Origin: Fistulifera solaris
Lineage: Eukaryota
Assembly (NCBI GenBank): GCA_030295235.1
Contig: AP026164.1
Span: 1,674,001-1,738,000 of the forward strand
Length of the DNA stretch: 64,000 nucleotides
Direction of reading: 5' to 3'
Positions 38,657 to 50,106 of the stretch are shown here, in pieces. The position numbers and the translations under genes were made by a program. Positions within the stretch are counted from its first letter, which is position 1. The number at the start of each line of letters is the position of its first letter. Under the pieces are notes generated by a model. That model was not told the DNA's origin, ran no database searches, and was given only the letters and a program-made list of their open reading frames with translations.

Positions 38657-39174
38657 CTTTTTGTATGTAAAGAGAACGCAAACAAGCAATCTTTTGTCGT
38701 TCTATTGTGAAGAAAAGCTAGCTATCAAGGCTGACAGGAAGTGCGGCATCAAGAACCGTCCGTCTGTTCATCATACTTCTCCTTCCGCACGTCTCTTTCT
38801 TCTTCGTTCGTTTGCTATCTACTTTGTCTGACGCCTCAGCGAATGAGTATACCCTAAGGAGTACAAGTTATCAGCAGTATCGGGTTTCATACTTCATCAT
38901 TCTCGCTGCGATATATCTAGGGCTACGTATAAATAATAATATCCAAGCACATGCCAAATGCCAACAACATCTAGCTCGCGAACTAGAGATCAGACTCTGG
39001 GGTGGTAACTAGACTGAAAGCGCAATGAATTAGGGTAACTGATTGGACTGATTGGACGTTTTTCTGTCTAGGCATCCTGACTCGACATTGTCAAAGTGAT
39101 TGGCTAGAGTAACGCGACAGCCTGACAATCTAAAATCGTCCCATTGAATTATCACAGTCTTTAGTAAGCGACAG

Positions 39175-41364
39175 TTACAGCTGATTCTGTTCGGGGAATG
39201 CAGGGACCTCATCGAAATTTTCGAACAAAACATCTCTATGAGCATCACGGGCCAAGCCAAACTGCACTTTCATTTCCTGCAACACGCGGTTGCCCTTGCC
39301 CGCCGCAATAAGATGCACCAACATGTGCTCGAGCGCCAAGTGCTCGGCGCGGAATTTAGCACGAATCAATGGCACGTGCGTAATGTGTTCGTCACAGAAC
39401 GTCAATCCCTTTTCGAAATCAGGTCCCAGCCACTGCTTCTTGAATTCGCGCTCAAATCCCGATTGTAGTACCGAGTTACGAGCGACTTCCATCATGTCGG
39501 TCATGGACAAGTCAAAAGTTGCACGAGCTACCGAGTACTCTTCCAATAAAGCATCGTCCGACATATGAAACAAAAGTGGATCATCTGTCGACAAGGTTAC
39601 ATTCAATCCACGACGAAAGAATTTCGAAAAGGGATTGTCGGCCATTTTACGAAACAAAAAGTTGTTCGACAAGGGACTGATCGACAAACCAACTTGATCC
39701 AAGTAATACAAATACTGCAGACTGACTTGTGAATCCAACAAAATGCCGTGATTGATCGAATCACACAACATGTACGATGCCGCCAAATGCATCGAATCGC
39801 CCGTCTCTCCCGCGTGAGGACGAAAGGCAATGGTATTCAATCCACGTGCCTGGCGGAGTCGATTCAGGACGTGTAAGTTCGCCCAAATGTAATACAACTG
39901 CCACTGATAACAGGGAGTCTTAGAATCTGTCCAATGTTCCGGTTCTATGGGTCCACAATGCGTTTCCAATACACCTTCGTCATCGACCGAATCAAAACCG
40001 ACAATGTGTTGCAAGCACTGTGCAATTTCGGGATGCTTGTCCGGGTGCAACGTGGCTTCAAACATGGGAATGAATATATTGTCCAGCATGTCTTGAAAGG
40101 ACCGTGGTGGCTCTCCTTCCTGGACCGGTTTACGACTGTAGATACGCCAAAGACGCGGAATTTGAATCAACCAACGATTGTTGGGTGACACCATATTCCC
40201 ACCTTTTGTATCTTCCGTGGCCGGCCAGTCGTGCATCATCCAACACGCCAAATCGTACCATTCGTGACGCTCCATTCCATAAATGCTTAAGCGCAGCTCA
40301 CAGGCGGAATTATGTCCCTTCGACATTTCGTGCCGCTGCAACACTATTTTGAGGAGTTCGGCAAAGTAGCGTCCTTGCATGTGATTGTTGGTTTTGAGAA
40401 AAATCCGACGCATATCGGCCAATCGGAACGGTGAGATCTTGTCATTGAAATTATCAAAGCGCTGATACACCGAGTAGTCCGCCAATACATTAAAGGCATC
40501 GATGGTCAAATGATCCATATCCAATCCCGCATCTTGATAGACTTGTCGTAAGGTCGTACCATCGGCATTGACCGCCGTGTCCCCTTCGTTTTGTAATTTC
40601 GTGCGCACAAAGTGCACAAACTGTTTCGCACTCGGTGCGGCTGCCGCATGAATGTGATTGTCAATCTTCATGGTCCGATAAAAGTCGGTCCCCAACAAAT
40701 TGGATTGTTCTTCCATTTCGATAGTACTATTTAAGGTGGTGTGCATTTTGTACGACGTCGAAAGGATTTGGAGGCGTTGGAAACAAAAGGATCGCATGGC
40801 ACCTTCCGATACCCACGTCACCAAATTGGCATAATCCTTACAGAAATCGACAATGGAAGGCACTTGCACGAGAGATTCATTCTGCCAGAGCAATTGCACG
40901 ACACCTCCTTTCATTTGAAATTGCAAGGCATCGTCTTGCAATTGTGCGGCATCCTTCTTCACCAAAGTACCGGTACCACCGAAATACTGTTGTCGAAGAT
41001 ACCGTGCCGCTTGAATGTGTTGACAAGCGACTTCACTTTCGGAAGTAATGGAACCGGCGCCGTAAAAGACCAACGAACGCGTAAAGGATAAGGTCTCACG
41101 ATACGGCCAAGCGGCTCCATCGGTCGGACGTTCCCGGGCGGGTGGATCTTCTTCGAGTTGTAGTCGTGTTCGTTTGTTTCGTTGTTTGTCACTGTCCTTG
41201 TCGTCGTCATGATGAATGACGGGTCCTTCATCGTCCGTATCGTAGCGCATACTGTTCCGCAATAAGGCTGGTGCCGATCGCAGATAGTTGATGGGATCTG
41301 GTGGTCCGCCGGCCAAATTGACGAAACTGTCGGGGGAAGGCAGTGACGACGACGACGACGACAT
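39175..41364 (-). CDS. AMPD: AMP deaminase
   Basis: DNHIHAAA, RFDNFN, GFDSVDDE, FRPHAGETG, SPLSNN, SLSTDDPL-type motif (TLSTDDPL), ARNSVLQSGF. Confidence 0.96.
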   Translation of the reverse strand: MSSSSSSLPSPDSFVNLAGGPPDPINYLRSAPALLRNSMRYDTDDEGPVIHHDDDKDSDKQRNKRTRLQLEEDPPARERPTDGAAWPYRETLSFTRSLVFYGAGSITSESEVACQHIQAARYLRQQYFGGTGTLVKKDAAQLQDDALQFQMKGGVVQLLWQNESLVQVPSIVDFCKDYANLVTWVSEGAMRSFCFQRLQILSTSYKMHTTLNSTIEMEEQSNLLGTDFYRTMKIDNHIHAAAAPSAKQFVHFVRTKLQNEGDTAVNADGTTLRQVYQDAGLDMDHLTIDAFNVLADYSVYQRFDNFNDKISPFRLADMRRIFLKTNNHMQGRYFAELLKIVLQRHEMSKGHNSACELRLSIYGMERHEWYDLACWMMHDWPATEDTKGGNMVSPNNRWLIQIPRLWRIYSRKPVQEGEPPRSFQDMLDNIFIPMFEATLHPDKHPEIAQCLQHIVGFDSVDDEGVLETHCGPIEPEHWTDSKTPCYQWQLYYIWANLHVLNRLRQARGLNTIAFRPHAGETGDSMHLAASYMLCDSINHGILLDSQVSLQYLYYLDQVGLSISPLSNNFLFRKMADNPFSKFFRRGLNVTLSTDDPLLFHMSDDALLEEYSVARATFDLSMTDMMEVARNSVLQSGFEREFKKQWLGPDFEKGLTFCDEHITHVPLIRAKFRAEHLALEHMLVHLIAAGKGNRVLQEMKVQFGLARDAHRDVLFENFDEVPAFPEQNQL

Positions 41365-41845
41365 GATGATGAGATTATTTGTTGCTAACAAGGAAACTTA
41401 AAACAACAACAAAAAAGGAGACGAGCTTTTTGCCCGGAGTGAAGGTAAGGTTGATTGATTCCTTTATTATTTTTGTTTGATTAGGTGTTGTAATAATATT
41501 ATGATAGGTTAGTTATAATAATACCAGTAGAGACTCGTTTGTGAAACAATTTCCTGCGCTCTCGTCGTCCCCATTCCCCATTCCCAATTCTTCACACCAA
41601 CGAATGCTGGAGCGACAAGTGTTTGAGAGTCAAGACGAACGATCCGCAACGAGTTTCGATACCAGTAAGGAATCAATCACGTACTACGTAGTATTGTTAC
41701 TGTCGTTGTAACTCCTGTAAATAATAATATTGAACAAAATCTCTAATAACAATAATAATCTATACGGTCGGTTGGTTGAATTCTGTCATCCAAAAGAGAT
41801 AACGACACCTTAACATTCCCTCTGACATCATGAAGCACCTTTCGT

Positions 41846-42382
41846 TTACTTTGACTCAAGTACGGCCTTGGCTTTTTCTATACATGATCCATCATTGTGT
41901 GTTTCTCCTTGGTAACAATCCTCCTTGGATTCCGGAATATACACAAACTCTTCGTCGGCTTCTTCCACATTATTTCTTTCTTCCGTCTCCGCGTTCTCTA
42001 CCACAACAATCCCCGCTTGTTCCAAATTTCGTTTCCGTAATTTCGCTTCTTTTTGTTTTTCTCGCTTACGTTTCCGTTTTTCGGTCCGTGCCGCACATTC
42101 TGCCGCGTCGCGTTGCCGTTGTTGTTCGAAGGCACGCGCGGCCGCTTGTTCCTGTGCGGTACGTTGCAATTGCGCTTGACGTTGCATTTCCCGGGCCCGG
42201 GCTTGTCGATAAATGTGAAATTCTCCCGATCCGGCACCGGCAGTGGAACCATACGGATTGACGACTTTTTCCGGTTGGACGGATGTTGTTGTTGTCGTTA
42301 ATGGCTTCACCTGTTCGTACGGAACTGTGCGTTTGTCGGACGCCGTGTCGGTATAGGTTTGAACGGATGAAAAGCGGCCCAT
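41846..42382 (-). CDS. PRKRIP1: PRKR-interacting protein 1 homolog (DUF1168)
   Basis: VNPYGSTAGAGSGEFHIYRQARAREMQR followed by RTEKRKRKREKQK; ATG at 42382. Confidence 0.88.
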   Translation of the reverse strand: MGRFSSVQTYTDTASDKRTVPYEQVKPLTTTTTSVQPEKVVNPYGSTAGAGSGEFHIYRQARAREMQRQAQLQRTAQEQAAARAFEQQRQRDAAECAARTEKRKRKREKQKEAKLRKRNLEQAGIVVVENAETEERNNVEEADEEFVYIPESKEDCYQGETHNDGSCIEKAKAVLESK

Positions 42383-42926
42383 TTTGTTCCAAGAACCTTC
42401 TTTTGCAGAAAACTGTGTTGGACGAAAGAATGGAAAAGGAGTGGACTGGAAGAGATAAACAAGAGCAATCATAAATACGTAGTACAGTAATATGTTTTTG
42501 GTTTGTTCTTGTAGCGTGCCTTTTGCTGTTTTGCACAACGACAAGGATAACGGATGGATGGCAAGGCGGGTGTCGCACTATTCATTCATTACTCTGGAGT
42601 ATAATATTTTCATTCCGATAATGATTCTTCATTCGACTTTCCGAGTGGATGAAGAATGAGTCCCGGTCTGAAAGTACGATGACCGCATACTTGTACTGTA
42701 TTGGTACCGCCTCGCAGCTCATTATTCCTTTATTTGCACTGTGCACTGTGCACAGAAGCAACTATAACATATCAAATAATCAAATAATCAATCAAAGAGA
42801 ATGGCGATCATACGATAAAACTAATCCTAAAAGATGCATCGAAGTCGGTTTCTCAACAAGACTTCCAGCCCCGGCAAAGTGCCGATAATCAGAAGCATTA
42901 ACAACACGAAATACAAAGTATCGTCC

Positions 42927-43056
42927 GGGAGACTTCCGTTAGGTCTCCAACCAGGGTGAACCTCTTCCGATAGCTCTCCCGTTAGGAGAGACGTTAACTG
43001 ACTACATTCAACTTTACAGTAGAGTACGCGCCATTGGATGTGGTACTAATTACTTA
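42927..43056 (+). repeat. MULE left terminal inverted repeat (130 bp)
   Basis: Exact reverse complement of 48643-48772, checked base by base. Confidence 0.97.
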
Positions 43057-43149
43057 GAATCTACTTAGGTTGCTCGATAAAGTAACAAAGCCTTATGAAT
43101 GACAGTCCCGGATGATTCATGAATCACCCCTCTAAGATAACCAAATCCT

Positions 43150-43305
43150 CAATAAACAATAGTCAGCGAAGCGACCGCTCTTGATAAAGAAAAGTCAGCG
43201 AGCGCGACCGCTCTCAATTGTCAATAAAGAAAAACCAGCCTACGTGACCCTGATGCAGCGAGCGCGACCTTCCAATAAAGAAAAACCCAGCCTACGTGAC
43301 CTTCC
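43150..43305. repeat. Subterminal direct repeats inside the MULE
   Basis: (AGT)CAGCGA(G)CGCGACC-like unit x3 and CAATAAAGAAAAAC(C)CAGCCTACGTGACC x2. Confidence 0.8.
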
Positions 43306-43421
43306 ACCCGATCAAGGCTTTCGACGAAAACTACTTCGTGTAAATAATCAAAACCCAATCTACACAATTTCAGTTTCAAACTAGACTTGGTTGATTAATA
43401 TCACACATTACTCTATACGTG

Positions 43422-44000
43422 TCATTCAGCCAATTGAAACATAACATCAAATACAAAAGGTCGGAGATCATCTCCGACTCCAATCTCCGAAATAGAGTCA
43501 AGGAACCATGTCCTCTCATTGAGGGCACGTCGACCATGTTTCAGAATTGTCGCCGCATAAAAACATACATATGGTCCGCAACTATGGCCATCATGTTGCA
43601 ATAGTTTATTGGGAAGACGCATTTCTTGGTATTCCCACGGAGCTAAATCGGGTAATGTTGATTCCTGCTGCTCGCTTGTTGACGCTAAGCATTCTAATTG
43701 CTGCCTCACCGCGCGAATTTAAATAAACCTGAAAGCCAGACAGCATTAGAGTAGTGATCGTCCGGATCTTCGAGGGAGCGAATAAATAACTCGATTATCG
43801 GCATCAACCACCATCAACCACCAGTGCCTCTCCTTGCACATAGGGAATAAATGAATGCCCAAATTGTTCGATTTTGTCATAGAATTCAATGCCACAAACG
43901 CTGAACTAAGCTGCAGTCTACCCTCTCTCTTAATATTTTGGTTGGCGGAATCCCACAGATTACTCATGACATACGACGGGTGTGCAATAACTCCCTCATC
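43422..44000 (-). pseudogene. Ulp1/SENP-like cysteine protease (peptidase C48) region of the MULE, frameshifted
   Basis: LFPMCKERHWWLMVVD (catalytic His ~43825) and LQHDGHSCGPYVC (oxyanion Gln, catalytic Cys ~43579); catalytic Asp not clearly readable. Confidence 0.8.
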
Positions 44001-46159
44001 CGTTCACGGTCTTGCTTGTTATGCTTTCAAGGAAACTGTTCACAATCGCGTCATTGAAATAACATTGCGAGTTCATAATTTCAAGGCATTCACTGGTTAT
44101 GGATGCCGTGGCACCACTTAGCACCTTGATATGATGCTTCTTTCCCTCTTCAGGTCGTGGACGACTCAGCGACCTTTATCAACGCCCTTTGCACTGGATT
44201 GCAAAAAGGAGTGACCGAAGAGATCCCCTGGCATCTTCTTTGTTGTAAATCAGATCGTTTCCATTCTTTCTTGTCCCTACAGTGATAAATGATTCTATTC
44301 CACTTCTTTCCTTTTGCTGTCTCTGCAAGAGTATTCCGCGACGCGTGGATTGCAATATTGTTCTCACTCACAAGTCCTCGCTGGTTTGCTTCCCTTGCGT
44401 TTTCGGGTTGAAGCCCTTCTTTTCATCGTTAAATCATTTGTTTCCGTTTTCCGTAAATGATTCTGGAATATCAAACTCGTGTTCTTGAACCAAACAATTT
44501 AATTGCTCAATGGTTCCCACAAATGGATAAGCTGTGTCGTAAAAATAGGATACGATCTTTGATGGTTCATCAGTAATGACTGGGGGTTGCAAAGGGGCTA
44601 CTCCAATTTGCCTTACTTGTTGTCGACGTAATGAAAATTGATTTTCATTTCTGGGATCTACAATCTTACACGTCTCAGGTCGAAGGGTGTTCTCAAGAAT
44701 TGTGATGAGGTCCCACTAGTGGCAGTAGCGGGACTTGTTATAGCTCTCACGAAGTTCTTCTGGTTTTCGGAATACCCACTGAAAATGAACTTGAGAGCGC
44801 TTCATTTTGTGCCAAGTTCTTTCTTCGCAGATCTAGCGGCATTTTCAGGAAATGCGACGAATCGTCACTGAGATTACCGGATTTGGCGGGACTTGCATTC
44901 TTCTTTTGGATGTCTAATCGCCTTTTAAATACATGTGATGAATCGTCACTAGCAGACGGGCGGGACTTGCATTAGTGGGTTCTGTCTTCGGTATCTTTAT
45001 AATCATATCTTCAGGAATCGTGATACTGGGTTGTTGGACTGTTTCGAATGAGATCTTGGCAGTGCTCTCAGATTACCCCTCTTCATAGTTGGCATCTCAA
45101 CTATGGAAGAAACTGCTGTGGCGGGACTTCCTGCTTTTGCTTCTGCAATCGGTGGCGGTTTCAACTTCTTTTTACGGGCATGAGTCGGGCCTTTGGCTCT
45201 GGAATTTGCTGTCAGTTTCGATCTTTTCCTTTTTTGTGTTGTATTCTCATTCATTGAAGACTCGATAGTCAAGGCATGAGCTCTGATATCAGGTGGTGGC
45301 TTCAGATTTTGACTCTTCATGGTCGGCCTCTCAAAGATTGACGAATCAGTTGTGGCGGGACTTGTTCCTTCAGCTTTTTGATTTGGTGGCTGTTTCGGCC
45401 GCTTTCCTCTTCTCGTTGCCATTTTGACTAATGAAAAATCTGTTGTTGCTGGACTGGAAGCACAAGCTGTTGTGGTCGGGCGGTGGTTTCAAATTCGGTC
45501 TGGATGCGGTCGCTGTCTTCAATATCGATGACTTTGCGGTAGATGGACTTGCCTTCATGCTTTTAAATTGCTACTTGTTTGGATCTCCTCTTTGTTCTAG
45601 TTGTTGGCATTTCATTTACTGAATATTCTGTTGTTGCGGGACTTGAGGCAAAAGCATTATGTGCGGTGCTTGGTTCCACATCTTCATCCTCTAGAATTGT
45701 CGACAGATGACCCGAGTGTGCACTGTTCAGACGGGAATCGTCATGGATGCCTACCTCGACATCATCAACCATGGTCAATTCTTGTTCGTGACTTCTTCTT
45801 TCCGTGTAATCCTTGTCACGAATAATTACTACAATATCTCGGTTACTACCTGACGGAGCAAGGTCCATATCCAGAAGATAGTTATTTTCGTTGTCGTCTT
45901 CAGCGTGAATTTCTGCAGCGTCTTCTCCAGTAAGCTTTAAAATCCGTGACTGGACAATGGCATTGGCTGCATCAGAGTCTTCTACTAAGCCAATCTTGTC
46001 AATATTGTGAAGGCCATGTCCTCCCGGAGGTATCATCGTTGTCCAAATCTTCAGAAGTAATTCCTGCATCCATGTCAATGACGCATGTTGGGAAATGGTT
46101 GACCAGAATTGCGCCAGTTTCAAGTAATGCAGGATCCATGTACCTTCGATCATCTTTGA

Positions 46160-48472
46160 GGTAGTCCAGACACTGTCGAATTGTGTGATTCGGTGATCTG
46201 CAGTGAAAGCAGTGCCGAGGTAAGGGCTTGCCGTCTCTCACGTTTAAGGCCCAAGAGTTGATTCTAGCTGTTGCATGTGTTCCGCCTTTGGTTTGGTCCC
46301 AAAATCAAACAGACCATCGGGCGGCAATCGCTTCTGCTATTGCATCGTTATTTCGACTGAGCTTGTTCTTTGAACTTGGCTCATACTCCTTTGTCATTCG
46401 TGCTGATTCCAGCGCCGATTGCTTCTTTTTCTTTGACTTACGTGGTCCCGGTTCACCATTACTGATTATTCTGTTCCCCGAGTTAAGCTTGTCAGTGTAA
46501 GTTGGTGATGGATAAATGTTTTCTGATTGATAAGCAAGCTTGATATCCCCAAATCCCGGGACGTCAAGTCGCTGGATAGTTGTTAAGAAACTCTGTAAGG
46601 AAGCCGGCGATCACCACTTGTCGGAACTTTTCCAAACTCTTCGTGAGAATTCGCGAAAACACAGAGGGTGGGATTGAGGGCCAAGTTGAGGATCTTGTAC
46701 GTGAAACAAGGTTGATGTGGCCGCAGTAGATTTCCCGCATCGCTGTTCTACTGCAGGAGCAGTACAGGGACGGAGTGCTCGTGGGTTCATAAGTAACATA
46801 CTCCGTCTTCTTGTGCTTTTCAGCCGTACAATTTGAATTTCAAACTGCCATCGGGCATCCTTCAGCATCCTCTATTACAAAATCTAGATCTTCATTGCCT
46901 GTATCTTGCAAGCTTCGAAAGTATATGGTGAGGAACCTAGCAGATTTGGTTGTTATTTCATCTCGAAATTGTCGAAGAGATTCGGCAGCCGCCATCAAAA
47001 AAGTTAGAAATGGCTAGTGGAGGGGTATTAGTCCTCACTTCATGATGTAGAAGCCACTGCTGGGCCGATTCGACATGATTTGTTGAACAGAAACCATATA
47101 AAGGGAACTTGTTTCCAACTGGCACGTGATCGTTGAGCAACCACCTCCATTCGCCGACGTCTCCACTTATCTCTGTGAAGCCATTCACTTCAGCTAGATA
47201 GGTAAAATATAGGGGCTCCCACATAGATTCATGTTGACTCGGTGTATTTCCAAACACAGTCCAATGAGTAGGATGAATTGTCCCAAGAACATAGATAACA
47301 ATTCACACCGGTACTAAGAGTTTCGTTTTCTTCAATTTGTGGAAGCGCTTTGACAAGCTTCTTCGCAGCATCCAAGAAGGCGTTAACATCTGGAGCGCTT
47401 TGCATCTCATAAACCAAGCGACCGCTCTGCCCTCTCAGCGATCGTTGATTGATATTGAATAGATGGTAAATGTTTGAAGAATATGAATCAAGCAATACTT
47501 CACGGAAACAACCAGTCCATAATGTTCTGCCAACGCTCGGACAGCGGCGAGAATGTGTCCTCGGTCAGTGAATACTGGAAACTCTTCGAAATTGAACCCA
47601 GCTTGATACATCATGAGAAGGATATATATCATCCCTTGCTTGTTTTCCGAGGGAATCAACCCAAAACCAAGTGGAATGTTACTTCCATTTCCATCGACCC
47701 CTATGATCGGGACTCCAATTCCATCGTGTTCGGGTATACGGATGTGTGTTCCGTCTAAAAGATTGCAGGAATGCAGGCATTTCTAAAGAAGTGCGCGGCA
47801 TTCTCAATGAACACAGTTGACCGAAAAAGCATGAGTTCTGGTCAGTTTCTAAATTGACGGAGGCATTTGGATTTAGCTCGACATATTTCCGAAGATACTG
47901 GGCCAACAGCTCATTGTACATCAACAAATCCTTTCGGTAGACCTCACGGAAGTGTTTCTTGAGATTTGAATGCATTGTCGGGCCAACTTCGATGTCGAAA
48001 CCCTCTTTCCTGAGGACGGCGTTGAGATTCTTGCGAGTAGCATGACTGTCGAAGTTTGGTGCCTGGAAGCATGTTTTGAAGAAGTCTTGAACAGCAGGAA
48101 TGTTCTGCACTATCATTGATTTTCTGCGGCAGTCCTTTGGGAGGTCGTTTGTTGGAGTGCAAAACAAACTGTGCCTGAAGTTAGTACTAGGATGGTCGTA
48201 GCAATCGAAGTTCGCTTTTCCTTGAACTTAAGTGAGAACGTTTTGCAGCAAGTGCACACGTAGCAAGGGCTTTCTCCGTGCTTGCTGACATCTCGTAAGA
48301 GCTTTCGATCACACAAAAGCGATGCTGCGGAGAAGCTCCTCGTGATCATCCTCAGGGATCGGTTTGTCATAGAGAAACTTTTCAAAATCATACGGACCGG
48401 TTGGAGGAAGTGCCCCATATTTTTGCATAATCGTGACGAATGATCGCCGCCCTTCGTTTCAATGATCGACAT
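46160..48472 (-). pseudogene. MULE transposase (DDE domain + SWIM finger + CCHC knuckle), broken by multiple frameshifts
   Basis: LDGTH..GVDGNG..PLGFGLIPSEN, VFTDRG, YCLIHI, STNHVES; SWIM YCSC..IYCGHI at 46717-46761; CFHCRSPNHTIRQC; probable ATG at 48472. Confidence 0.9.
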
Positions 48473-48642
48473 GTTAATGTTGTAAAAGAGCAACAGTAGG
48501 AACGGAAGGGCAACTATGACAATAAGGAATGCAGCGTTCTGATCATCTTGTCGGCAGTCGGAACGGAACAAACGCACAACGCGAACGATTGTGCGGTTAT
48601 TGTGCGTGACCTAAGTAGAACTAATGATGGATGGAAGGCCTT

Positions 48643-48772
48643 TAAGTAATTAGTACCACATCCAATGGCGCGTACTCTACTGTAAAGTTGAATGTAGTCA
48701 GTTAACGTCTCTCCTAACGGGAGAGCTATCGGAAGAGGTTCACCCTGGTTGGAGACCTAACGGAAGTCTCCC
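48643..48772 (-). repeat. MULE right terminal inverted repeat (130 bp)
   Basis: Exact reverse complement of 42927-43056. Confidence 0.97.
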
Positions 48773-50106
48773 GTATCGTCCTCGTCCTCGCCCTCGTCAC
48801 GGTTCCTTATCTTCGTAGGTTTCGGAATTGTGGGCTTGTTCTTGCCGTATTACAGTTTCTTGTCCCTCTATTCGAACCATCAACAATCTACTGTTACACA
48901 AATACCCGAAAAGATAGAAGAAACAACACCCAATTGGACCCTTCCAGAATTACCGACTCAAATCTACCAAGTCAACGTTTCGAATTTACCACCACCACTA
49001 CCACCACCACCACCCATTCATTCCCAATTTCTCATTTACAAAGGTTTTATGAAAGGACAAGGGACAGGAAATCATATGAATGGACTCCTCGCGACGCATT
49101 TGTTGGCACTCGAATTCAATCGCACCGTGTGTGTCAGTCCCGATTATAAAGAATTTCATTTGGCCTTTCGGTCTCGACAACCTGCGCTACAAAAAGCATG
49201 TGCTCCCATCATACAAGAATACAATGACAATGTCAATCTCCGCATCATGCTCAATAACTTTGGGAAACCACCGAATGAATGTCGCCTCCAACAACAATTG
49301 GCCGATCGGAACCAACCGGTTTGGGTCATTTTGGCCAATACGTATCCTCGGTGGCCCGCGGTCCCGCCCCATTTCTTTTTTCAGTATTATGAACCGACCC
49401 CAGCGTTGTTGGCGTGGTTGCCGTACGAAACATCACCCCAAACTGTCGTGCATTTACGCACCCCCGACAAACACGGGGCCGATGATCGGGCCGGTCTCGA
49501 CAATGCGACATTTGCCAGGTTGTATCAAATTTTACCGTCCGATACCTTCTTAGTTACCAACAATGTGGCGTGGTACGATCATTTCCCTATGTGGCAGCAT
49601 CCAGCTTGGACCATTGTCCAACATACGGCGACTTCCAGATTCTGGGGTGACACACCGGAACATCACGAGAACAATCGGGCCGTACAAGTCTTACAAATGT
49701 GGGTGGATTGGTTCACCATCTTATCGGCGCAACGTGTCTTTCATACGGCATCGGATTTTTCACATTCCGCGATTCATTGGCAAAATTTGGATGCCCGGAT
49801 CATCCATGGCGTCCATGCCAATGGAACTCTGGATTTAATACACGAATCGTGGATCCGGGATGGCCTCACACCCCGATTGGTGGATCGTACCGTCAATGCG
49901 ACGACCGAGAAGGGGGAGTTGCGGTTGTGTCAATCGGACGATGAAATGGTGTGGTTGCGGAGACGAAAAAAGAAAAGTGTAGCGTACATTGTGCGGTAGC
50001 GAGATGTTGGAAAAGAAGCGTGAGCGAATGACGGGGAAAAAAATTCTTGTTCTATGTCTTCTATAATCGCTCTAAATTTGTCATTTCTGTAGTAATTCAA
50101 GTTGAA

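Larger units (their letters stand above)
42927..48772 (-). mobile_element. Mutator-like (MULE) DNA transposon, 5846 bp, carrying a Ulp1-like protease region
   Basis: Identical 130-bp TIRs starting GGGAGACTTCCG; 9-bp TSD GTATCGTCC at 42918-42926 and 48773-48781; internal MULE transposase motifs. Confidence 0.97.
42834..49999 (+). pseudogene. Fucosyltransferase-like type II membrane glycosyltransferase gene interrupted by the MULE (5' part 42834-42926, 3' part 48782-49999)
   Basis: Removing the element and one TSD copy gives an in-frame 436-aa ORF MHRSRFLNKT..KYKVSS|SSPSSRFLIFVGFGIVGLFLPYY; GQGTGNHMNG, VVHLR, FLVTNN, DWFTILSA..TASDFS motifs. Confidence 0.75.
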
